Source: Lama guanicoe
Taxonomy: Eukaryota
Assembly: GCA_013239625.1 (NCBI GenBank)
Contig: MU053934.1
Span: forward strand, 3,242,399-3,306,398
DNA length: 64,000 nucleotides
Direction of reading: 5' to 3'
Part shown: one piece after another, positions 27,270 through 38,960 of the stretch
Position numbering within the stretch: the stretch's first letter is position 1
How the letters are laid out: the number at the start of each line of letters is the position of its first letter
The notes under the pieces: model-generated
Seen by the model: only the letters and a program-made list of their open reading frames with translations
The model's database searches: none
Told to the model about the DNA's origin: nothing
Translations under genes and position numbers: made by a program

Positions 27270-27800
27270 CTACTGTGTGCTGGTGCCCCACAACACCGCA
27301 CTGCACGAATTGCCCGTAACAACTCTGCCCCATAGTACTGTTACCCTATTTTACATACAGGGAAACTGAGGCTCCGCTAGGTCAAGTGACTTGCTCAGTA
27401 AGTGATAACCCAGGGGTTCAAATCCAGCCTGATCCCAAGCGGCCACACCTACTGTGTGCCAAGACCAACTTCCTGGACCACCGTCAAGGCTCAGACCGGG
27501 GAACTGGGCTGGCTCAGGCCCGGCTCAAGCACCACTCTCCACAGACTGACTACCGAGGGCGTGCAACACAGCAAGCTGGTCAGGACAGCACAGGGAGCCA
27601 AACGGCCCAGGTTCAAATCCCGGCCTTACCACTCACTGTGTGACCATTGGCAGGCTCCTTAACCTCTCAGCACCCTGGTTTCCCCATCTGTAAAATGGGC
27701 ATAATAATATCTTGTTGGCTTATTGTGAGGATTTAACTTCTGTAGGGCTCTGAGAACAGAGCCCAGCACATGGGAAGTGTTATATGGGTGTTGTTATATT
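27270..27800. mobile_element. Two divergent MIR copies (minus about 27270-27440, plus about 27560-27800)
   Basis: ttttacatacagggaaactgaggctc and caggttcaaatcccggcc...catctgtaaaatgggc. Confidence 0.8.
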
Positions 27801-30800
27801 AAAGGATTAAGTGGCTCCCTTTGATTCATGGGCGGTCTGAGAACTGGGTCCCACAGAGGGTCAGGGGCAGAGCTGACACTCAAACCCTGGGCCCAGGACT
27901 CTCTGCCCAGTGCTCTCTCCCGACAGCACCGAGATATCTCTAGCACAGCTAAGAGAACAAAGACGTCCTAGGGCTGACCCAGACTCAGACCCCAGGGTGT
28001 GAAGAGAGACTGAGGTGAGAATGCAGGCCGGAGGCCAGGCCTCCTGACCCTGCTCCATCCAGAATGGGGGTCCAGCCTAAAGCCCGTGGCCCACAGCTGC
28101 CAGGGAAGCCCAGCCATCCACACTCAGCCCCGGCAGCAGACCACCCCACAAACGAGCCCACCCAGGTCACAGGGCAGCCCGTCGGATCAGAGGTGTGAGG
28201 ATCTGAAATCGTGCGCTATTGGTGGAAGTGGAAAGACTGTGACCAACCCAGGCATCCACAACAGGGACACAGCTGTGCGAGGACCCCATGCCAAGGTGAT
28301 CAGGACTGGGCCCCGTTGGGCCTGAGGGGAGATGTCTGGAATGTGGAGTCAGGATCTCCAGGGTAGAGGCAGCAAGGTAAATCCCATGGGGAAAAACAAA
28401 CAGTGTACAGGTGTCTGCAGGTGTCTGGAAACCTGGGGAAGGGTCCCCAGAGATGGGGACGGGACAGAGAGCCTGTGTCAGGCCCCTAGTTAGAAAGGAG
28501 TTGGAAACACTCTCACTCTCCTTTATGTGCACACACTCCAACACATAACAAACACACAAAACCACCTGGGGCACATGTGCTCACACCTACGCACGCCCAT
28601 CTTTAGCCCATCCACCTCCCTCAGGAGGCCGAGGGAGGAACATGAAGTCTCGGCAAACAGACAGGGCCAGGCTGTTTATGGGGGTGGTTCAGGCCAGAGT
28701 TGGGGCAGGTGGAGACAGAGAGGGACACATAGACAGAATGAGAGGCAGAGCTAGGAAAGCTCAGCCAGGCCCTGGGTGACCCTGCCCAGGACCAGCCACT
28801 TCAGCCTGGCCCAGGGGCTATGGAAAGTGAAAGTACAAGTTAGAAGCTGCCAGACCAGGGTCTGCTTCGGGGCACACTCAGTCACACTCAGTGCCGTGTG
28901 ACCCTGGACTGGCGCCTCTCTGGACATCAGACTCCCACGAGTGCAGGAGCAGGTGCAGACCCTGCTGGCTGGGACCCTCCATCACTCTGGGGTCCTAACT
29001 CTCCATCAAAGCCCAGCTCCCATCCTTCCCGGGGTCCCTCAGTGTCTGCAGCTGCCCTGGAGGCCCAGCTGGCCCCTGAGGACAGTCTCCACCCCAAGCT
29101 CCCTGCTGCTGAACCCAGGACAGAGCTTCTGGGTCAGCTGTCATCTCAGCCAAGCTGGCAACTCCGTTCCCAAAGCCCCTTCCCTGGCAGCAACCTCAGC
29201 ACCAAATCAGAGAGGGGAAGAGTGGGGCGGGGGCCGGAGACAGTAGGTACCAACAGGCGTCTATACAGGTGCGATGGATGCTGCCTTCCTGCATCATCTC
29301 ACTTAATCCTCATGACAGCCCTCGATCCCATTTTATAGACGAAAACAGAGGTTCAGAGAATGACCTGCCCAGAGCCAGGCAGCCAGCCAGCGGATGAATG
29401 AGCTGGGATGGAACCCACGCTGCCTACTCTGAAACTCATTAGCTCCTTCCACAGCATCTTGTTCAGCTGGCATTGGCGAGAGTGGGAGGAGCCCCATATT
29501 TCCTGACCTGGCACTCTGGGATTCCACAGGCCACGGCTGATCCCCAACAGCCTGAAAGGTGGTGGCTGGAACGGCCATGAAGCCCTGCCTGCCTGCTCCC
29601 ACCACCAGGAAACCCAGCAAGTAGAGTCAGCATTTACTGAGTACTCACTGTATGTCAAGCACAGTGCTCAATACTTTAGAGTAGCAGCCTTATGAGGTGG
29701 GTACTATTTTTATTCCCATTCTACAGATAAGGATACTGAGGCACTTATTATGGATGGAATCAGGAGTTGAACTCAGGCCTGCACCCACATGCTTGACCAC
29801 TGTGTCACCCCCTTACAGCTCCAGGACCTTCTCCACTCCACCCTGCTGTCCCCAAGCCTGCATCCCAGGGTGTCTGGCAGAGGCAGGAAAGGCCTTTCTC
29901 CCCCAAGTTCTGCCTAGCTCAAGAGCCCCTGAGCCACCATCGTCTGGGGTACCTGCTCTTCTCTGTCGACCCCTGTCTGTGGCACCTCCTAGGATGCTCA
30001 GGGTCCTTGGCCAGACCCCATCTCCGCCCTTGAGGCCCCAAAAGAGTGTGGGACTAGCCAGGGTCACACAGCAAGTTGGAGGCAGGAAGGAGCCCTATGG
30101 CCCTGGTTTCCACCCACAGCCCAGCACCGATAACGCCCTCCCTCCTGCGTCTGTAAAGATGGAAGCTGAGTTGGTTGAGCTGTGACCCAGGGTGGAGGCA
30201 GAGGGTGGGAAATGGTTTTCGACAGCTTCTAGAACTCCTCAGGCCTAACCAACCATGGAGCCCCAACAGTCCTGTGGGCCTACTGTGTACAGGTACTCCT
30301 CCCTCCAACCCTATCTCATCCCATCCCCTCCAGGCGTCCGGCAGTGTCCCCATTACACAGATGAGCAAACTGACACTCAGGTGCACATGACTTCTCAGAA
30401 TCAGGATCTAACCCACTGTGCCTTCCTTCCAACTACAGAACAGACCTTCCTGGAGGCCCTGCCCTGAATCCAACCCCTTCCCAGTCCTCAGGGACTGCTT
30501 CCTCCAGGAAGTCTTCCCAGAACTCAGGGAGCCTCCATTCAGTGGGACCATCCTCTCCTCCTCCACTCAAAAAGCAGACTGAGCCCAGAACACCCACAAT
30601 GCCTCCACTCTCAGACTGGGGCTCCTGGGAGTTGGGACTCTATCCCCTCTCAGACAGGAGGCTGCCTGGAGTCAGGGCTGTGTCTCCCTCACGAGGATCC
30701 TGATGGCACAGCCTCTCCCTGTACCCCCTAAGACCTGGGGCTCCCTGAGGACAGGGCTACCACACTCTTCTTCCTTCAGACCAGGAATCATGAAAGCGGG

Positions 30801-32204
30801 ACTCCCACCTCCCTCCTCCTGCACCCCCATCTACACAGCCCCCCACCCAGGGTACCAGACCCTGCCCCTAGCAGGACCCCCAGCCACACCCCAGCCCCCT
30901 CCTCTCACTCCCTCCTGGCCCTCCTCCAGGCCTGGCCTGTACCAGGCAGGCTACCCCCGCCCCGGCCCTATCCATGAATCCCACCTCTGTTGGGCACCAC
31001 AGACCCCCCTTTCTCCTCCCCAAACAAATGGGGTCTTGAGTGAGACACTGGGACAACCACACACAACACCAGATCTATTCTCGGGGCCAGCGAGGCTGCC
31101 AGCAGTGTGGGGGAGTCAGGGAGCCAGGCTGGCAGGAGCAGTCTGTCCATCCAAAACCCCTCAAGGTCCAGCCTCTAAAATTGGGCCACTCTAAGCCCCA
31201 TCCTGGCAGGGCTGGGACCACGAGCCCACTCCCCAGGTAACCCCAGAGGAAACCCATCCTAGACATCTTACTCTCTCCCCTCTCCCAGCACAGTACAGAC
31301 AGGAGACTCTGAGCCTAGGTCCAAATCCTGCTCTGTGCCCTACAGAGACATTTCCCAAACTTGAGTTCGGTCATTTGTAAAATGGGCACAACTATCCTAC
31401 TCTGTGTCGTCTGCTACAGCTGGAAAAGGGGCTATAAACAGGAATATCCTTGGCACATAGTAGGTGCTCAGTTAAAACCTCCTCTCTCCTCCCTCTTTGA
31501 CTTTCTCTCTTTTTTTTAAGGGAGGGTGGGGGTGGGGTGGGACAAGAGAGCCCAGGCTGGCAGAGCAGAAAACGATGTGTCCCAAGCACTTAAAATGTCC
31601 CCTCTTTAGAAGTCAAAATCTCAGATCCCTCAGGGCTGGCAGTGAGGCCTCCCAGGACTGAGGCGATTCAGCAGAGCCTGCTTTTCCATCCTGGGGAGGG
31701 GACCTTGGAGCCCAGGATGCAAATCAAATCTCAAAGCCCACTGCCTCCCAGAAGCCAGCCGAGATAAGCTAAGATAGTACCTCCATTTTACAGACAAGTA
31801 AACCGAGACACAGAGTGGGTAAGTAATTTGCCTAAGGCCACACAGCTAGGGAGCAGTTGAGCTGATTTCTTTTGACAGTTCTGGCTGCTACCAAAAGCTT
31901 TTCCTTATGGCAGGAGTCCTCCCTATTTAAAAGCCTCTCTGTGATTTTGCCTCTGTGTTCAGAGTAAAGTTTAAACTCTCTGGCCTAAAATGCAAAGCTG
32001 CCCAGCACGGCGGTGTAGTGCAGCAGAAAAAGCACTTGACCCTGAGTGCGCCCAGCCTGGAATCAAGGGCCAGGTCTGCCACCTACTTCCAGCTGCATGT
32101 CCACAGGCAATTTACCAGGCCTCCTTAGTCCCACTGTCCTCGGACGTAAAAGGGGAATGATGAAACTGACCTCCCAGGGGAGCTGGCAGGGTCACCCATG
32201 CTTT

Positions 32205-32550
32205 TGCCATATATTTGCTGAACATCTACTATGTGCCAGGCCCTGTTCAAGGCCCTCAGGATAGAGCAGGGAACAAGCTCCTGCCTGCATGGAACTGATA
32301 CTCTACAATGGTGGGAGTGGGATAATAAACAAGCAAGTAAACAAAGTAGCGTTAGCAGTGTTAGACAGTGAAGAACCAGAGCAACGAACAGAGTGATCAG
32401 GGAGGGCCTCCTTGAAGAGGTGACAATGAGCCGGAACAGGAGACAGCCACACAGCAAGTCCAGGTAGCAGCCATGGGCACAGAAGGAACAGCCACTCCTG
32501 CAGAAGCAAGAGCAGGGACAAAGGCCAGGGAATTAAGTGAGACCTGGAGC
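32205..32550 (-). mobile_element. L2 LINE 3' fragment
   Basis: atatttgctgaacatctactatgtgccaggccctgttc...gtgatcagggagggcctccttgaagaggtgaca. Confidence 0.8.
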
Positions 32551-33829
32551 GTGTGGGAACATGCAGGCCGTGAGGCAGATAATCGGCAAAGAGCAGGTGT
32601 TGGTATTACTGCTATAAGCCCCTTAAGCTCCTTGCATCTTGCTTTCCTCTTCTGGAAAATGGGATGCTGTGTAGATTTAAGGGAATCTGAGGTCTCTTTG
32701 AATTCATTTAAAGTAACCCCTGTTCTATTATCCCTCCCATTTTTCAGGGTGGGGGGAACTGAGGCTCCCAAGATCCCACAGCCCATAAATGGCAACACCT
32801 AGGACATGAACCTGGGTCTTGTAATCCCAAGCTCTATACCCCTGCCAGCCTTCTGCGATCTCGCCGTATACAGAGCGCTCAGCACCTCTCCTCCACTCCA
32901 TCCCAAGACAGCTCTGACTGTGAGAAAGTCTCTTGTTGTGATGAACTGAGGTCTGTGCGTGGTTGGTCCCACTGCTGCCATTTGGGGCCACCCAGGACAG
33001 CTCTTTCCCCGCTTCCCCAGATCAACCTAAAACGTGAAGAAGGCTGACAGGTTAGAAGGAGCAGCTGCCACTCCAGGAAACACCTCCCAGGTACCAGGTC
33101 CTGTGCTTTAACTTCATTCCCCTGCCCCATATCGGCAAGGTGAATCCTCATCATACCCATTACATGGATGAAGAAACTGAGGCCTAGAAAGGCAGAGAAA
33201 TGTGCTCAGGGCCACCCACCTAGAAAGCGGCAAAGCCAGGATCTGAACTCAGAGCTCTGTCACTCAAAAGGCAGCCATCCTGCCTGTCACTCCCCAAATC
33301 CCTCAAATGTCCCTCTTTGAATACCCTTTTCAGTCCCTTGCCTGGCCTATCCCCTGGTGCCAAGAAAGTTGACAGGACAGACTTCCTGCTACTCCCAGGG
33401 TCCCACCAGCCACTTGCCTGACACGCTGTGCCCTAGGCCAGGGCTGACTGAGCTGGCTCAGAACACCGGACCCTGGGGAGGAAGCCTGGAGGCCGGGGTC
33501 TCAGGCAACTGCTGAGGGGGACAAGGCCCATCTGATTCAAGTGCACAAATGGGCCCCAGGAGTAAGTGGGCAGGAGCACCGGACAGGGAGCCGGCCACAC
33601 CTGGTTCTGTCCTGCCTCAACAACCAAAGTGCTGTGTGGTCACTGGGAGGCCCTCCTCCACTCCAGGCCCCCCACTTCCTGCTTCCACAACATCAGCCCA
33701 ATACCTCCAATGCTCAAGGATCCCACAGAAGGACACCACAAGGCCGATCTCTGGTGAGAAGGCACCCTGTCTGTCCCAGGCATGTCAGAAAATCATTCTA
33801 AAATCATTCTTAAAGGAATTGTGATGATG

Positions 33830-34020
33830 GTGGTGGTTACCACTTACTGAGAGTCTGTGTCCCAGGAGCCAGGGCATCCCATACATTATCCCAAGTGACA
33901 GAAACCCTGAGAGGCATGTACATCGTCTCCATTTTACAGAAGGGAAAACTGAGGCACAGAACCATACAGCTGTAAGTGACAGAGCCAGGATTCAAACCCA
34001 GAACTCGGTGCTCTTCCACG
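33830..34020 (-). mobile_element. MIR SINE
   Basis: ccattttacagaagggaaaactgaggcacaga...ggattcaaacccaga. Confidence 0.85.
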
Positions 34021-35642
34021 CTGGTTCCCCCTGTTATTAAAATGAAACGTGTGCTTGGGGAGAATACCTGGGGACTGGGGGAAGAGCGACAGCTCTGAGT
34101 GGGGTGGTCGTGGCGGGGTGAGAGGGGCAGGCTCCAAGGGGAGGAGTTAGGCCTGGTGAGTTGGACATTTGTGGGGGCAGGTGCCCGGGGTCAAATCCTA
34201 GTCCCAGCTAGCGCATGCTATGTGACCGTGGGCAAGTCACTTTCCTTTTCTGATACCTCAAAGGCAGGTATTGATGCCGGGCTTCCAGGAGCACAGCAAA
34301 CATGGAAGGATGGGGACGAAGCCATTTGGGGACAAGGAGGGAGCATGCGTCCAGATGGGGGACTTGTATGCTCCAAGGCCCTGAGGAGGGAGGGCGCACA
34401 AAGCAGAGGCAGGAGAGCTTGGTCACAGAAGCGGAAGGGAAGGACAGGTACGAGAAACCATGAGAGGAGCGATGCCAGTGGTAGAGCAGGGACTCCGGTC
34501 TGGCTGGACGGGGCAGGATGAGCAACGGAAGTGGGGAGCACAGCTCAGACCCACCCAGTGTGCCTCAACACTCCTCCAAAAAACCCTGCTTCAGCTGTGC
34601 CAGCAACACCAAATCCACGGCAACAGCCCCTCCCCCCTCACTCTCCCACCGTCCTCCACGGAGCACCCACCACCCCCACTGTCCCCACACAAGCCCCCTC
34701 CAGAGCACCCAGCAGCAGCCCTTCCGTGGGGAACTCTGACATCTTGACAGTCACGGCCCCTCCACGTGGGGACCACCACATCTTAGAGACGGCATCTCCC
34801 TCTCCTTAGCAACCACCAACCCAAGCCCAGACAGCCAGCCTCCTCCCTCTGTCTCCTCCTCTCTCCATGGAGACCACAGAGGCGGCTCCCTTGTCACGGC
34901 AACCACCGTCACTCAGCGCCCTGCCTGGACAGCTCCCTCCACGTGGCCACCACCAATACAGCCACGGTGACAGGGACAGCCTTGGCTTCTCCTCTCCAGG
35001 GCAGCCACCGGCCCTAGTCGGGACAGAACAGCTCCTGCCAGCCGGCCTGCCTGCCCGCGGCCTCCTAGTGTCAGACTGCCTTCCTGCCTCCTGCAAAACT
35101 CAATGACACTGGATCAGGCCTGGTATTGACTCTGCTGGTGCTTCCCTGCCCCCAGCGCACTCCCAGCCCCGCAGTCTGCCCTTCTCTACATGGAAAGGCC
35201 CCCATTCAAGAAGGAAGAGGCCAGATTCTCCCAGGACATCCCCTGGAAGCTGGCTCCCCACCACCCACCCCCCGCCAGGGCACAGATGCTCCCTGCCCTG
35301 CTGGGGTACAGGCAGGCCTGGTTCAGTCTCTCCGCTGGACGAAGGGGTAGGAGTGGGGTCTCTGAGCCAGCAGGGGCTTTCTCCCCACCCTCCCCAGTGG
35401 ACCTGTCCCAGCTCCCAAAGGCCCACCTCTCTGCCAGCTGCCTCACAGGCCCCGTGGAAGGGGAGCCAAGGAGAAGGAGAGCGGAGGTGCCTGCAGCTGG
35501 GGGCAGGGGCCCAGGCAAGGCAGGAAGGGACGAACAGGAGGCAGAGGCTGGGCTACATCACGGGTTTTCAAGGCCAGGTCATGTGAGCCCTGCTCACATC
35601 CAGCCACGCACTCACACACAGTCAGAAGGACCCTGTCCTTAC

Positions 35643-35815
35643 CAGATGTCTGTGGGCAGAGGGAGCCCCTCTGGCCACCGAAGCTCTGTCCCTGGCCTGG
35701 TCTCAGGGAGGTCCCCGCAGTAGCAGAGGCGGTGGTGGCGGCGGCGGCAGTGGTAGCAATGGGGTCTCAGGTCCTGGCCCAGCTCAGGCGGCAGCAGCTC
35801 CTCACCCAAGTCCTG
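35643..35815 (-). other. ELFN2: Non-coding exon 2 (5' UTR), tentatively ELFN2
   Basis: Minus strand: about 100 nt pyrimidine tract, then a CAG|CAG tandem acceptor (35818-35813), a GCC/CCA-rich body without ATG, and a donor CTG|GTAAGG (plus-strand ccttac at 35637-35642). Confidence 0.6.
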
Positions 35816-35953
35816 CTGCGAGGAGGAGGCGAGGGGGAGAGAGGGGAGGGAGGGAGAAGAGAGGAGGAGAGGAGGAGAGGGAGGGGGACAGCAGGAGGGA
35901 GGGAGGAGGGAAAAATGCTGAAGTCTTGAAGGGTACACTCACTTCTTTCTTAG

Positions 35954-35968
35954 GTTTCCCATGGCAAC
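35954..35968. promoter_or_regulatory. RFX X-box-like site
   Basis: GTTTCC-CAT-GGCAAC, about 140 bp from the exon-2 acceptor. Confidence 0.55.
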
Positions 35969-36019
35969 CGAATATACCACAAATGAATATCAGTGTGAGA
36001 GAGAGGGGGGAGGCAGAGG

Positions 36020-36235
36020 GAGGGGAGGACTGGAGGGAGATGGAGGCAGAGATGGAGAGAGATAGAGGCAGGGCAGAGAGATGGGGGACATGGGGGCAGA
36101 GAGATGGGGAAGATGGAGGCAGAGAGATAGGGGACATGAGGGCAGAGAGATGGGGGACATGAGGGCAGGGAGATGGGGGAGATGGAGGCAGAGAGATGGA
36201 GATAGAAAGATGATGGGGCAAGAGAGATGGAGGGA
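36020..36235. repeat. Purine-rich minisatellite (gagatggggga[c/g]atg[g]aggcaga-like, unit about 21 bp)
   Basis: About 9-10 degenerate tandem copies. Confidence 0.8.
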
Positions 36236-37829
36236 AGGGGCCTCAAACCTAGATGGAGGGTTGGGGGCTCCCCACCCTATCACAAGGGTTAAGGGGATGA
36301 GGAGGGGAGGGGCCAGGGGCCACAGGGCATCTTTCAATCCCTCCATGGCCCCTGGGCAGGAGGAGCAAGAAACAGATGGGGAGATTTTCTAGGAGCTGAA
36401 GGGCCCCCACTCCCACCAGCTCTACCCGACCCCATCACTTCTTCCTGGGGTCCGCAGCCTGGAGGTTAATCCCAAGTCACAATCCGAGCCCCACATCTCA
36501 CTCACAGTCATGGACACACACCCAGGCGAGGATGCCCACCCACACCCTTGCACTGACCTGACGCCCGGCTCCTCCAACACACATACACCCTTCCCCACGC
36601 TCATGCCAACCACTCTGGCCCGCATGTTGGTCGCCCCAACACCAACTCGGCCCACTCCCTTCTAAGCTGGGCCCCATCCGTTCTGCTGCAGGGAACCAGC
36701 AACTCCTACCCCCAACGCCAGCAGGTCTCTTATTCAAAACCTGCAAGGACTGTCACCCACCCCTGTGGCCCCCAGCCTGCTCCACCTCGAACTCTGCCTC
36801 AGCCTCACCGCCCACCACATGTGCACCCACGCCCTTAGAGCAATGCACCTGCCTGACCTCCACCTGCACACACACACACACTCCCAGACGGACGTGCCTC
36901 GGCCGAATCTGCCCTCCATCTGTGCACACACGTGCACACGCATACACTCATCCCCTTCCCTCGGAGGCCCCTCTCTCCGTCTGGCCCTGCATCCCCATCG
37001 GCCCAGATGGCACTCTTGGCCCTCCTCCGCAGGCAGGGGCTCACACCTCGGCCCCCCCCGACACAGCCATTCACAAACATATGCAGACCCACCACGTGCT
37101 GGCAGCCAGCGGCAGCGACAACGGAACAGAAACACACACTTGGCCCCCTGCGCTGCCTCAGATCCATCACCCCCACCCGGAGGCAGAGGAAGAGGGAGCA
37201 GCCAGTGTGCCCCAGGAAAGAGCTCTCCAGCCCAGGTCCTGAGGGATATCGTCCCCCTAGCTACATGACTCACCTTTGACCCTGAGCTCACTGGCTCTGG
37301 GCTGCACACTCACCCTCACACACCAGTACCCACTGAGCACACCTAGACAGCAACCAACACATCAGAATTTCATACTCCCGCAGACACACGTGGGCACACA
37401 GACCCAGATGCAACGTACAAGCTGCCCAGAGACCCCATACCCGGCGGTGCCCGCCCCAACATGCGGGCTGGAGCACGTGCCGACATGCCTGGGGACACTA
37501 CACAGGCACACGTCAACACATCCACAGAAACACACCAGCCCCACTCACTGTGGACCGGCCCCCAATACACACATACAGTTTTCACCATATACACCCAGAC
37601 AAACATGCACACGGACACAGGGGCCCCTGCACAGGTTCACAGACCAACACATAAATGCCCCAGGCATGCTCACACAGTGGGGGCCACTCCGGACACACAG
37701 CCCTGCTCCGCACACACATGGCCACGCCTGCACACCGGTCCAGCTCTCCCAGGGCAGTTGCCGGCGGAGCCCCCCATCCCGTCCACACCCACCTGACATA
37801 CACACACACCCTTGCCAACAACTTGGCAG

Positions 37830-38400
37830 GTCTTCGCTCCGGTCGCCCCCTCCGACCCCTTTCCCCGGGCGCGGGCGGGCTTACGATCCAGCGCACGGCT
37901 CCGAGCCCAGAGGCCGTGAAATTGGCCGCGAGCGCCAGGGGATGCGACTGCAAATTCTAAGCACAGGGAAGTAAGGCGGAAACCCGGCCGCGCCGGCCGC
38001 GCGGCGCGGGGGCACCGCAGAGTGGCGGGCGGCCGGGCTGGGAGCCCCGCGGGGCCGCGCGGGCGGGGAGCGNNNNNNNNNNNNNNNNNNNNNNNNNNNN
38101 NNNNNNNNNNNNNNNNNNNNNNNNNCCGCCGCGCACATGCCCAGCCGGGGGCTGCGCCCGGGCGCCCCGCGTCGGCCAGTCCCTGACGCGCACTGGGGAG
38201 GACACACCCGCCGCCCGCCAGACCCGGACCTGCCTCGGTCAGAGCGCCCACCGGATGAGCGGCCTCGGGCCACCGCTACGCGACTCTGCGTCGCCGCCGC
38301 CTCCGGGACGCCTTCCTGGCTCTCCAACGTCCTCCAGGCTTCTCTGCTCCCCCCTCCACCCCCGCCTCTGGCCTCTGCTCACACGCACAACCGCAGGCTC
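37830..38400. promoter_or_regulatory. Second (intronic) CpG island, possible alternative promoter
   Basis: CpG-dense; interrupted by an N gap; candidate minus-strand donor ATC|GTAAGC at 37885/37884. Confidence 0.8.
38073..38125. other. Assembly gap (53 N)
   Basis: Run of n in the GC-richest part of the island. Confidence 0.99.
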
Positions 38401-38829
38401 AGCTCCACCCGCTCCCTCACACCAAAGGAAGGGAGAGGGAGGGCATTGCTCCGTCCAAAATGCTGGGGCAGGCCCTCTCCAGCCTCACTTCACGCCCACT
38501 GCACTTCACGCCTTCACCAGTGGTGCGGACTTGAAGCCCTGACCGCACACGCTGCCTCCTCTGTGCAACAGGAATGATGTACAGGGTGGTTCTGAGGATT
38601 TAATGAGAGGCTCCTTGAGCGGGCTTAGAACAGCAGTCAGTGAACAGGAAGATTATTAGTCAGTATCGGCCTCGGTCTTGCTGCTGTGTCACCCAAGGGA
38701 AGACGCCTCACTTCTCTGAGCTCAGGCTCTTCTGGAAAACGGTACGCCCTTGCTGCTCCCGGGGTGTGTGGGAGGAGTCCAGAAGATCCCCAAGAACACG
38801 CAGCAGCCCCCTCCGCTGCCACGCACCCA

Positions 38830-38960
38830 GCAAACCTGGGCATTCATCTTCTGGAAATGCACTTAAAATGCAGGTTCCCGGGCTCCGTATCGACCCTAAT
38901 CTCAGGAGGCAGGGCCCAGGAATCTGCATTTTAAAAAACACCCAGAGACTCGGGCACTCT
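38830..38960. mobile_element. MER5-type hAT-Charlie fragment
   Basis: aaatgcaggttcccgggctcc...gggcccaggaatctgcatttt. Confidence 0.65.

Noticed and set aside
27270..27800. Inverted MIR pairs as dsRNA or editing substrates
   Set aside because: The copies are highly diverged, and such pairs are expected by chance at this MIR density.
35639..35938. 99-aa minus-strand ORF over exon 2 as a coding exon
   Set aside because: It starts at a non-ATG codon upstream of the pyrimidine tract, and the exon itself has no ATG.
36020..36235. Tandem repeat as a CRISPR-like array
   Set aside because: Eukaryotic minisatellite with no unique spacers.
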